A stretch of DNA of 38,415 bases, from positions 1 through 38,415 of the forward strand of contig JAYUIW010000083.1 of the NCBI GenBank assembly GCA_043765655.1, read 5' to 3'. The position numbers were made by a program, and so were the translations under genes. Position 1 is the first letter of the stretch, and the number at the start of each line of letters is the position of its first letter. Source of the DNA: a bacterium. GTDB lineage: Bacteria > Patescibacteriota > JACMRA01. Positions 14,682 to 23,249 of the stretch are shown in pieces. Under the pieces are notes generated by a model. That model was not told where the DNA came from. It did not search any database and saw nothing but the letters and a program-made list of their open reading frames with translations.

Positions 14682-16241
14682 TTATCCCCATCGTCCTCGG
14701 AATTGGAGGCTTTCGGCGAGGTGCTTGAGCTGGATATTCTCGCTTCCTTCTAGATCGGCGATGGTTCTAGATAGCTTGATAAGTCTCATGTATGCACGGG
14801 CTGAGAGTTTGAATTTGTCGACGGCTTTGGATAATAGGTCTTGTGTTGGTTTATCTAATTCGCAGTACTTTTGGATCATTGAGAGTGACATTTCGGAATT
14901 AGTGAAGATTTTAGTTCCAGCGAATCGAGTGGTCTGTATATCTCTGGCTTTTTGGATTCTGATGCGAATACTAGCGGATTTTTCTCCATATTCCTTAGAT
15001 TCTAGTTCGTCCTTGGTTGGTCTGTTGACATCGACTTGAAGATCAATTCTATCCAAAATTGGTCCTGAGAATTTGGCTTGGTACCTTGCAATTGCGCTGC
15101 GATTTTGGGGTTTGTTCATTCCATCAGGATCATCAGCGTCGAAGCCCGCGGGAGTCGGATTAGCAGCGGCAAGTAAATAAAAACTAGCAGGATATTCAAT
15201 AGAACCAGTGGCTCTAGAGATTGTAACATAACCGTCTTCCAAAGGTTGGCGAAGAACTTCAATGCTTTCACGGGAGAACTCTGGGAACTCGTCTAGGAAC
15301 AATACTCCACGATGTGCGAGTGAGATTTCTCCAGGGCGGAGTTTGGAACTACCTCCAACTAGAGCAATGTGCGAACAGGAATGATGCGGAGATCTAAAAG
15401 GACGCTTGGACATTATTTTACCACTATCGAGAAGTCCAGCCACTGAGTATATCTGGGTGACTTCCAGAATTTCTTCCTCTGTCATTCTAGGTAAAATCGT
15501 AGTGTAACTTTTGGCAAGTAGGGTTTTGCCACTGCCGGGTTGTCCGATGAACAGAATGTTGTGTCCGCCACTTGCTCCAATTTCTAAGGCCCGCTTTGCC
15601 ATGGTTTGCCCTTTGACAAAGGCCATATCGTTGATTTCTAATTCTGGATTTTCGCTATTAACATTCCCAGTTCTCAGATCAAGGTCTTGAATCTCTTGAA
15701 AATTAATCGGAATTACAGGCTCTAACTTTTTGGCATTATTCAAAAAATTAACAAGATCGCCTAGACTTTCAATCGCAAAAATATTAATTCCACCGACAAG
15801 TTTAGCTTCGGCTTCGTTAGCTTTGGGCACAAAAACATTTTCAAAACTATTTTTTCTAGCCCAGAGACAAGTACTGAGAACGCCTGTAACTCCACGGAGT
15901 TTGCCATCCAGGGATAATTCTCCAAGGAAAATTGACTTCGGACTAAGTTCTTTGGTAATCACGCCGATTAACCTGAGAATTCCAATTGCAATAGGTAGAT
16001 CTAGACTGGAGCCACTTTTGATAACGCCAGCTGGAGCAAGGTTAACGGTAATTTTGCCAAGCGGGAACTCGTAGCCAGATTGTTTGATTGCTGAGCGGAC
16101 ACGCTCTTTGGATTCTTGGACGGCTTTGTCAGGAAGACCTACGATTACGATCATCGGCAAGCTTGGGCTAAGATCGATTTCGGTCTCGATTAATTGTGTG
16201 TCCAGTCCGATATTGGTTGCTGTGAATACTTTGGTAATCAT
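14682..16241 (-). CDS. comM: Mg-chelatase-like AAA+ protein YifB/ComM
   Basis: Lon-like N-domain, Walker A GQPGSGKT, Walker B VLFLDEF, and the ChlI-type C-terminal helical region. Confidence 0.9.
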   Translation of the reverse strand: MITKVFTATNIGLDTQLIETEIDLSPSLPMIVIVGLPDKAVQESKERVRSAIKQSGYEFPLGKITVNLAPAGVIKSGSSLDLPIAIGILRLIGVITKELSPKSIFLGELSLDGKLRGVTGVLSTCLWARKNSFENVFVPKANEAEAKLVGGINIFAIESLGDLVNFLNNAKKLEPVIPINFQEIQDLDLRTGNVNSENPELEINDMAFVKGQTMAKRALEIGASGGHNILFIGQPGSGKTLLAKSYTTILPRMTEEEILEVTQIYSVAGLLDSGKIMSKRPFRSPHHSCSHIALVGGSSKLRPGEISLAHRGVLFLDEFPEFSRESIEVLRQPLEDGYVTISRATGSIEYPASFYLLAAANPTPAGFDADDPDGMNKPQNRSAIARYQAKFSGPILDRIDLQVDVNRPTKDELESKEYGEKSASIRIRIQKARDIQTTRFAGTKIFTNSEMSLSMIQKYCELDKPTQDLLSKAVDKFKLSARAYMRLIKLSRTIADLEGSENIQLKHLAESLQFRGRWG

Positions 16242-16332
16242 TGTTAGAATTAGTTCGGTGTTAAAGAACCAGCAAGTTAGTTTTGGTTATGAAAAGTTTG
16301 TATTTAGGGTGACAGCGTTTTTTGGAGAATTT

Positions 16333-16527
16333 CTCTTTTTGTAAAAGGGGTGTCAACGAAGTTGACGGGGTTGTGTTTGCAGTGAATTTTGAACAACAGG
16401 GGATTCTTCCCGATGCTCAGAATGACAACCTTAAAACAACTTTTTTAGATCCTGAAATAAATTCAGGATGACAGTGGTAGTTTTTATTCAAGAGCTGGGG
16501 TATTCTTCGTTACACTCAAGATGACAG
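16333..16527 (-). repeat. Hairpin-module array: R4(-)16333-16370, R1(-)16389-16428, R2(-)16446-16474, R1(-)16489-16527
   Basis: Reverse complements of the consensus modules. The R2 flank AAAACAAC(C)TTTTT is shared with the copies at 10078 and 17971. Confidence 0.85.
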
Positions 16528-16554
16528 TTTTTTAGATAATATTCAAAAAAGAAC

Positions 16555-16758
16555 TTACAATTCTGTAAGATCCTCGTCATCAAATTCGAATCCTAATAAC
16601 ACACTTTCTAATTGTTCTTGGGAAAGTCCTAATTCAAAGGCTTTTTGGGCGATTTGCTGGAATAAAAAAGACTCTGCTTCGGTGTCAGGATTAGGAATTG
16701 GTTGAGATAGAATTCCCAAAATATAATATTTGAATAATTGGATGTTAGGTTGAGTCAT
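16555..16758 (-). CDS. Small acidic hypothetical protein (67 aa)
   Basis: ORF only; no motif recognised. Confidence 0.3.
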   Translation of the reverse strand: MTQPNIQLFKYYILGILSQPIPNPDTEAESFLFQQIAQKAFELGLSQEQLESVLLGFEFDDEDLTEL

Positions 16759-16870
16759 ACTATCAAAAAGTTAGATTTTTGGCTCTAATTAGTTATTAGT
16801 AAGAATACTTAATTTTGGATTTAATGTCAATTTTTGGAACTTGAATTTAACTTGTAACTACAAATCTTGA

Positions 16871-17713
16871 TTATTCAATTTTTAGATAATCCATGGCATA
16901 TCCCAGCCAAACTAAACAAAACCAGGCAACTCCAACTCCAGTTACTGAACTACTGAGATAGTTATTATAATTAGGCATTTCTTTGATTTTTTGAATTTTA
17001 GTTAGATATTCTTGAAGTTTAATTTGAGTATTTTTGTCTAATAATGTATTTAGTTCTTTGAGAATTTTAGGATTGGTTACTGGAGGTTTTGAAGATTTTG
17101 GAGCATCTTCTTCTTTTGCCAAAAAATCTTGTTCAGATTTGGTTTTGTCTTTACTTTTCTTTTTAATTTTAGCATTATAAAAACTGCCGTAATATTCGCC
17201 AAGTCTAGGATTAACGACGCCGATACAATCAGGAACCTTGTTGTGGAGGTGATGATGGTCTGTAATTAACAGATCGCAATTTTCAGAATCTTGGATAATT
17301 TGGGCTTCGTCAACGGAGTTAATTCCACAGTCAACGCTAATAATCAGGTCAAAAATTGTTACCAATCTCGCCACCGCTTCGCCGTTAATTCCATAGCCTT
17401 CCGTGAATCGATCTGGAGTATAGAAGTCAATCAAAGAGCTGTCAAAGCCAAGATCTAGTAGCCCATGGTACACAACCCCTGTGGCAGTAACCGCATCGGT
17501 GTCATAGTCAGCATAGATGCAGATTTTTTGGGATTTGAGTTTTGCTAAAAGTGCCCGAATTACGAAGTTCTCAATATCAAACAAAAACGGCAACTTCTCA
17601 AAGTGTTCTTCTGGTGTAAAGTCGGTAAAAAACTTATCAAAAGCTGGAGGTTGTGAATTTGAGCTTTTGGGAGATTGGAATCTCTGAGTGTAGGCTATGA
17701 GTTTTGGGTGCAT
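16871..17713 (-). CDS. recJ: RecJ fragment: N-terminal DHH catalytic domain (motifs I-IV)
   Basis: DYDTDAVTATG (motif I), SVDCG (motif II), ITDHHH (motif III), VTGVGVAW (motif IV). The ORF ends 16 residues after motif IV. Confidence 0.8.
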   Translation of the reverse strand: MHPKLIAYTQRFQSPKSSNSQPPAFDKFFTDFTPEEHFEKLPFLFDIENFVIRALLAKLKSQKICIYADYDTDAVTATGVVYHGLLDLGFDSSLIDFYTPDRFTEGYGINGEAVARLVTIFDLIISVDCGINSVDEAQIIQDSENCDLLITDHHHLHNKVPDCIGVVNPRLGEYYGSFYNAKIKKKSKDKTKSEQDFLAKEEDAPKSSKPPVTNPKILKELNTLLDKNTQIKLQEYLTKIQKIKEMPNYNNYLSSSVTGVGVAWFCLVWLGYAMDYLKIE

Positions 17714-17803
17714 TGGATTGGTTTTGTGGTTTTGGAGAATACTTCTATGTAGATGTGAATGTAAATCCTTTGGGGATTTGGCTTTAGAATAAAGTTTTTA
17801 ACA

Positions 17804-17879
17804 TGTCATCCTCAACTTGTCGTACCGAGGCTATCGTCGGAACAAGTCCGACTTGTAACCAGTTACTTTTCAGGATCTA
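17804..17879 (+). repeat. R2L copy 3
   Basis: TGTCATCCTCAACTTGTCGTACCGAGGCTATCGTCGGAACAAGTCCGACTTGTAACCAGTTACTTTTCAGGATCTA. Confidence 0.85.
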
Positions 17880-17983
17880 AGATGACTTTTACTGAACTTC
17901 ACAGATTAATTTAAGATTTTCTTCAATTGGTGATTTTAATAATGTAATGTGCAAAAAATTATATCAGTATAAAACAACCTTTT

Positions 17984-18199
17984 TAGATCCTGAAACGAGT
18001 TCAGGATGACAGTTGTAGTTTTTGTTTTGAAATGAAAGTTTTTGTTACGAAATACCCTTTTTGAAGGGGTGAAGGCAAAGCCTTCGAGATTGTTGTAGTT
18101 TTGACTTGAACAACAGGGGATTCTTCACATTTGCTCAGAATGACGATTGGAGTTTTTGCTTAAGAGCTGGGGGATCTTTCGCTTTGCTCAAGATGACAG
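17984..18199 (-). repeat. Hairpin-module array: R2(-)17984-18012, R6(-)18054-18088, R1(-)18105-18146, R1(-)18160-18199
   Basis: Matches to consensus modules. The array lies between uppP and the recJ N-fragment. Confidence 0.85.
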
Positions 18200-18222
18200 T
18201 CTAAAAAGAAAAAAATTGTTTG

Positions 18223-19167
18223 TTAGCCTTTACTAATAATAATCAAAACAACTCCTAGAACAATGCGGTAGATTACAAAGACATCAAAGGAGTTAGTACT
18301 TAGGAATTTAATCAACCATTTGAGTGTCAAAAGTGCCGAGATATAAGCGAAAAAAGCTCCAATTATAATTCCAAGAATTGACAGATTACCTTGGTTCAAT
18401 AATACTTCTTGCGGCCAAAAATGCAAGTTTTTTAGTTCTTTTAACAAACTCAAAGTATCCTTAACGCCTGCCAAAAAAAGTGCAGGAATTGATAACAAAA
18501 AAACTGTTCTAACAAGATATTCTCTATGAATTCCCATCAGATAGCCACCACTAATCGTAGCTCCAGAGCGACTAATTCCAGGTAAAATTGCTAGAGATTG
18601 CCAACAACCAATGACTAATGTTTGCCAAAAAGTAAGTTGTTGAGGTTGAGATTCTATCTTTTTTTTGTTCCAGACTCGCTCGCTAACATACATGAGAATG
18701 GCTCCAAAGATCAGGAAAACTCCTATCCAAGCTACATTTTGTCTAAGATTATCCACAAGTTGTCTAAAAACAAGCCCTGCAATTCCAATGGGAATAGTGG
18801 CAATAATTAGTTGAGCGATTATAATATCAGTTTTCAAACTATCATTTTTGATACCACTCAAAACCTTAGTTCCCAGCATCCAGCTTTTAAAATTTGTAAC
18901 AAAGTTCTTAAACTCTTTGACATTCCTAAATTCCCAAATTCTACGCCCGATGGAACTCAAATCTACCCAAAAAAACTGCAAAATTGCTATAAGAGCAGCT
19001 AGTTGGAAGACATTACCAACTCTGGAATCGATATCTCCACCACCAAAAACTCCAAAAGCAACAAGTCTCATATGAGCAGTCGAAGAAATCGGCAAAAACT
19101 CTGTAATTCCCTCGGTTAAGCCAATCAGAATAGCGATTAAAATTTCTTTGATATATATAATTAACAT
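18223..19167 (-). CDS. uppP: Undecaprenyl-diphosphate phosphatase
   Basis: BacA/UppP motifs GLTEGITEFLPISSTAHM and PGISRSGATI. A multi-pass membrane protein. Confidence 0.9.
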   Translation of the reverse strand: MLIIYIKEILIAILIGLTEGITEFLPISSTAHMRLVAFGVFGGGDIDSRVGNVFQLAALIAILQFFWVDLSSIGRRIWEFRNVKEFKNFVTNFKSWMLGTKVLSGIKNDSLKTDIIIAQLIIATIPIGIAGLVFRQLVDNLRQNVAWIGVFLIFGAILMYVSERVWNKKKIESQPQQLTFWQTLVIGCWQSLAILPGISRSGATISGGYLMGIHREYLVRTVFLLSIPALFLAGVKDTLSLLKELKNLHFWPQEVLLNQGNLSILGIIIGAFFAYISALLTLKWLIKFLSTNSFDVFVIYRIVLGVVLIIISKG

Positions 19168-19206
19168 TCTTATATTCTACAGTTTTTGGGTTTGATTGTC
19201 AAAAAA

Positions 19207-19815
19207 TTACTCTTTACTAACGACAATCGTGGGAAGATTGTATTGATTGACTAGCCTGCTGGCTAATAATCCGATAATTCCTTTGCTCCAGTTGCCTTCT
19301 AACCAGATAATTTTGGCATTGTTGTCGAATTGTCTTTGAGCTTCTAGTTCAACATCTGTGAGAATTTCTTTGACCATTAATTTACGATCGGTATTAGTGT
19401 CAAAAAGCTTGGTAGCAAGCTCTGTAGTGGATTGATTCATTAATTCGATATTCTCTAGTACTAAATCACTTATATCAACAATTTTACTGTCTTTTAGTAA
19501 CGTGGCAATGGATAATCTAGCGTGACTAACGCGACCAGAACTATTGAGAATCGGCGAGAATATAAAGCCTAAATCTTGACTGGTGAGCCTGTAATTAGAG
19601 TTTATTTTTTCCACAAAACCTGTAATAATCGACAAGCTACTCAATCCTTGAATTTTGTGTTGGTTTTTTTGGAGGATTTGGAGTCCAGCTTTGACTAGTA
19701 ATCTATTAGTTGGCTCTAGAATACTTTGACAATCTGCAACTGTACCAATTGCGACCAGTGGAAGTAGTCTATTGAGTTTTTGAAGTCTAGAAGATTTTTG
19801 TAGAGAATTTGGCAT
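19207..19815 (-). CDS. recJ: RecJ fragment: central region (post-motif-IV linker up to the start of DHHA1), truncated
   Basis: LPLVAIGTVADCQSILEPTNRLLVKAGL, FSPILNSSGRVSHARLSIATLL, and NWSKGIIGLLASRLVNQYNLPTIVV match RecJ ..LVALGTIAD...NR.LV..GL.., ..AP.INA.GR.., ..H.GV.GI.ASR....Y.RP..V. It stops before the GGH..AAG core of DHHA1. Confidence 0.75.
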   Translation of the reverse strand: MPNSLQKSSRLQKLNRLLPLVAIGTVADCQSILEPTNRLLVKAGLQILQKNQHKIQGLSSLSIITGFVEKINSNYRLTSQDLGFIFSPILNSSGRVSHARLSIATLLKDSKIVDISDLVLENIELMNQSTTELATKLFDTNTDRKLMVKEILTDVELEAQRQFDNNAKIIWLEGNWSKGIIGLLASRLVNQYNLPTIVVSKE

Positions 19816-19886
19816 ATAGTTAAAGAAATTAGGGTTTGTTGGGTTTTAAAAAATTTCTACACTTACTATTTTAACAGTCTAAAATA

Positions 19887-19929
19887 AAATCCCCGAGCCA
19901 TTCGGCTCACCCCTTTATCAAGGGGTAAC
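19887..19929 (+). repeat. R3 double-hairpin module
   Basis: AAAATCCCCGAGCCATTCGGCTCACCCCTTTATCAAGGGGTAAC, the cleanest R3 copy. Confidence 0.85.
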
Positions 19930-19963
19930 TTGTTTGAATATTTTTAGTAAAATTAATATTAAT

Positions 19964-20536
19964 CTAAAAAATGGATTCTGTGGTTTCTGCAAAAGTTACT
20001 TTTTGGGCTGTTGGCTTGGGCAATATTGCTTCTTTTTTAATGTGTAAATCAAAGAAGTGGATTGGTTTGCCGTCGATAATATTCTGGAACAAATTCTCAG
20101 TTAGGCGAACATCGTTGAGACAATAATCAACTAATTCTAGCCATTTATTTTCTTTGTGATACTTGGAATAAGTGGCATAATCGTCTGTTTTGAGGTCATC
20201 TTCAAAGTTAGCCTTACACAGATCGTTTAGTTTGGGTTTGTAACCAATACTAGCTTCCATTTCTAACATTATGTCATAGCTTGGAAGTTGCTTGAGATCG
20301 AAGGTTGCATACTTTTGGAGGACTGGCAGATCGAACCAAAGATGATTATAACCAACTACTAGATCGCATTCTCTAAGTATGTTTAAAAAAACACTGACGT
20401 CCTTTTCCAAAAAAACCAAATATCGGTCCAACCAGCTACAATAAGCCCCAATCACACTAACTCGGAATTCGTTGGTATCAATTTTGTTCAGACTGCTGGG
20501 ACTATAGGTTTCGATGTCAAAAGTTACATAATTCAT
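19964..20536 (-). CDS. DnaQ/RNase-H-fold 3'-5' exonuclease domain protein (PolB-exonuclease-like)
   Basis: Exo I FDIET, Exo II-like GYNHLWFDLPVL, Exo III-like DYCLNDVRLT. Confidence 0.6.
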   Translation of the reverse strand: MNYVTFDIETYSPSSLNKIDTNEFRVSVIGAYCSWLDRYLVFLEKDVSVFLNILRECDLVVGYNHLWFDLPVLQKYATFDLKQLPSYDIMLEMEASIGYKPKLNDLCKANFEDDLKTDDYATYSKYHKENKWLELVDYCLNDVRLTENLFQNIIDGKPIHFFDLHIKKEAILPKPTAQKVTFAETTESIF

Positions 20537-20665
20537 TCCTTAATTGTATAACACAAAGCGGTAGAATGTCAAAAATAAAGCTAAGTTAAAGCTCGGAAAT
20601 TAACTCTTGACTATACCCAAAATATGTGATAAGCTTAAGGTATTAACAAAAAAACTAAAGAATTT

Positions 20666-22144
20666 ATGACAAAATCACCTGAAGGAGTTACTTCAATAAA
20701 ACCAGAAAGACAAATTTTCCAAAAGTGGGATAATATTGCAACAGAAGCAGGTTTAACAAAAACATTAATAATATTAAACAATGAAACACCTCTTAATGGA
20801 ACAACTCAATTTGAACATGACTGCACACATTATCTTGCAGGATTAATGCTAAAATGGCTCAAAAAATATAATCCAAGTTTTGAGGGTTTTTCAATCTTCG
20901 AAAATCAAGAATTAACAGCAGGTTTTAATTTTATAGGTGAGATTTTTGCTGATATTATTCAGTATTTTATTCAAGGTTGCCAAGTACGATATGAGCAGTT
21001 AAATGAAGACTTAATCCCAAAAGAATATTTGATTGTCGAACAAAATAATTTCGTTGACGTCAAAGATAAGCTTGCAAATAATATTGTTACTAGTATTGCA
21101 TCATCAATTGACGTTTCTTCTAATGGTAGGCAAGTTAAAGATAAAGTTTTTTTGGAATACCTAGTGCAGAAACTAAATAATGTTGACTTGAGTCAAAAAT
21201 TGGATCGTAAAGAAGCTGCGTTTAGAATGATTAACTTGCAATACGAAGAAATAATTAAGTTGTTAATAAGTAATGACCAAAGTAAGGCAGAAAATATATA
21301 TAACGAAAAATATAAATATATCATTGGTGTAGATTATAAGTTTTTGTACGACAATCAAGAGCGTTCTAGAATGATTGTAAATAAAGGTTTTGTTGAGTTC
21401 ATCAAAAATTTAGACGAAAAAATTACTTCTGAATTATTATTTTTTAGACTGCCAAGTAGCTTTATTAACAATGAGGATTTGAATAATAGCATTGAAAAAT
21501 ATTTGGATAATAAAGAAATATCACCTTTCTTACAATTGGTTATTAACAATTGTCTTTTACTTGAAGGATTTGATGTAATTAAATGTATATCTACCTATCG
21601 GAATTTTTCTAATTTATTTCTTGAAAGACTTAAAGATAATCCAAGCGTTACTAATAATAATAAAATTTATTACGCAACAAGTACTGAAGTTGGAGGTTTT
21701 TTAGCTAATCTTACTAACATTTATTTCCAGAATCAAATATTTAATACTACTAAAATTGATTATAAATACTTTACAGCAATTCCTAACATTAATGAATCTA
21801 CAGAATCAATAAACGAAAGAACAAATATTATGATCAAACAGCTAGAAGCTTTTTTTGGTAAAATCGATTCCAGAATTGCTGATATTAAATCAGAATTAAA
21901 GATTTGTGAAAATCTAAAAGATGGCATATCAGAAAAAATTGCTATAAATAGTAGAGAGTTACAAGACGTTACCGAGAAATGCAGTCTCCGTAAATCATTT
22001 GAAGAAAATAATTCTAAAATACAATGGCTGGAAAAAGCACTTAAAATATCTTTAGGAATAAGAGTTAATAAGTTTTATAATCCACAAGTTATAGAAATTT
22101 TGTCCAAGATGAATCGGTACTATGGAGTATCGTCTATTGAATAA
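20666..22144 (+). CDS. Hypothetical protein (492 aa), very AT-rich, probably all-helical with a coiled-coil-like C-terminus
   Basis: Uninterrupted 1.5-kb ORF in the most AT-rich stretch of the window. No motif recognised. Confidence 0.55.
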   Translation: MTKSPEGVTSIKPERQIFQKWDNIATEAGLTKTLIILNNETPLNGTTQFEHDCTHYLAGLMLKWLKKYNPSFEGFSIFENQELTAGFNFIGEIFADIIQYFIQGCQVRYEQLNEDLIPKEYLIVEQNNFVDVKDKLANNIVTSIASSIDVSSNGRQVKDKVFLEYLVQKLNNVDLSQKLDRKEAAFRMINLQYEEIIKLLISNDQSKAENIYNEKYKYIIGVDYKFLYDNQERSRMIVNKGFVEFIKNLDEKITSELLFFRLPSSFINNEDLNNSIEKYLDNKEISPFLQLVINNCLLLEGFDVIKCISTYRNFSNLFLERLKDNPSVTNNNKIYYATSTEVGGFLANLTNIYFQNQIFNTTKIDYKYFTAIPNINESTESINERTNIMIKQLEAFFGKIDSRIADIKSELKICENLKDGISEKIAINSRELQDVTEKCSLRKSFEENNSKIQWLEKALKISLGIRVNKFYNPQVIEILSKMNRYYGVSSIE

Positions 22145-22153
22145 GTTCATTCA

Positions 22154-22250
22154 CAACAAAAAACCCTCTAATAAAATTGAGGGAATATTTTTTTGGGTAA
22201 CTTTTTTAGAGTCCTAAGCCTGAATAATTACAGGAACTACCATTGGATTT
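22154..22250. repeat. Copy B of the duplicated block: terminator plus a remnant of the rnj 3' end (..NPMVVPVIIQA*)
   Basis: 22154-22198 is identical to 1431-1475. 22214-22250 matches 1488-1524 (35/37). The remnant lies in frame 14 codons downstream of the fic stop codon. Confidence 0.9.
22157..22195. terminator. Bidirectional rho-independent terminator between ORF 20666..22144 and fic
   Basis: Same CCCTC/GAGGG hairpin with an A-run and a 7-T run as at 1434-1472. Confidence 0.7.
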
Positions 22251-22255
22251 ATTAT

Positions 22256-23188
22256 CTAAGTTAAGGTGAGAGTGACTGCGTCAGAAGGTTCGCCGATCAT
22301 CCAGACACCTTTATCGCGGAAGGCTGGGATTGTATGGCGGTTAGCTTTGTTGATTAAGGCTGACAAGGACATATTTTTTGCTTTGGCATATTCTGATAGT
22401 TTCATAATCCTAAAACTACTTAGGTAAGCTAGTCTTTTGTGGTAACTATTAATAAGGGATTTACCGACTAATTCCTGCATAATACTGCATTTTTTAGTTG
22501 TTTGGAATTCTTTGAACGAATCGTAGTATTGTGGTCTATCACTGTAGTTAATAATCATCGGAACATAACCTTCGCGGATCAAAAGATAATTGTTGAGAGC
22601 TCTGCCGATTCTGCCGTTGCCGTCTACGAAAGGATGAATGTATTCGAACCCGAGATGGAATTTGGCAATTTTTGTGGCGATTGGATCTGTGCTAGCGTTG
22701 TACTCGCTCAGTAACTTGGTCATCGCAGGGATTACTTCATCTGGTGGAAGAGCTACGTAACTACCTGTTCTAACCCATTCTTTTTGGCGGAATCTACCCG
22801 CGATATTGTCATTGATATTACTTAGTAGAACCCCATGTAAAAACAAAATCATCTCAAAATCTAAAGGCTTGCTAACTGCGTTATTGTTAATGTATTCCAC
22901 GACTTTTGCCAAGTTCTTGGCTTCGAATAATTCTCGCTCGTTGATGTATCTATCTAGGTTAATTTGCATCAGGATTTTGTCGGTTTCTTCTAATGTCAAA
23001 GTACTATTCTCGATGGCGTTGGAGTTGTAGACTTGCTCACTAACTTCGGATTCGCTGATTAATTTTAGCAGTTCAGATTTGCCATCGTTGAGTTTGTAGA
23101 ATTTTTGGCGAAGGTTTTGGATTTTTTTTTCTAAAGAATTACCGTTAATCATATGCATAATTTTACCTCTATTCACGGTTTTTGTCAA
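22256..23188 (-). CDS. Fic/DOC-family protein (Fido domain) with an N-terminal inhibitory helix motif and a C-terminal wHTH-like tail
   Basis: Canonical Fic motif HPFVDGNGRIGR (22601-22636). SNAIEN (23006-23023) fits the (S/T)xxxE(G/N) autoinhibition motif placed N-terminal to the Fic core. Confidence 0.9.
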   Translation of the reverse strand: MTKTVNRGKIMHMINGNSLEKKIQNLRQKFYKLNDGKSELLKLISESEVSEQVYNSNAIENSTLTLEETDKILMQINLDRYINERELFEAKNLAKVVEYINNNAVSKPLDFEMILFLHGVLLSNINDNIAGRFRQKEWVRTGSYVALPPDEVIPAMTKLLSEYNASTDPIATKIAKFHLGFEYIHPFVDGNGRIGRALNNYLLIREGYVPMIINYSDRPQYYDSFKEFQTTKKCSIMQELVGKSLINSYHKRLAYLSSFRIMKLSEYAKAKNMSLSALINKANRHTIPAFRDKGVWMIGEPSDAVTLTLT

Positions 23189-23249
23189 TATAATCGTTAA
23201 TAAGTGTAGTTTTTTGAGGGTTGTTCACGGTTTTTTGGTTTGTTTTAGC

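Noticed and set aside
1431-22250. The direct repeats (rnj tail plus terminator) as attL/attR of a 20.7-kb integrated element
   Set aside because: The intervening DNA is core housekeeping (rnj itself, tRNAs, rpmH-rnpA, holB, prs, comM, uppP) with no integrase. For a 3'-end insertion, the gene body lies on the wrong side of the real rnj end.
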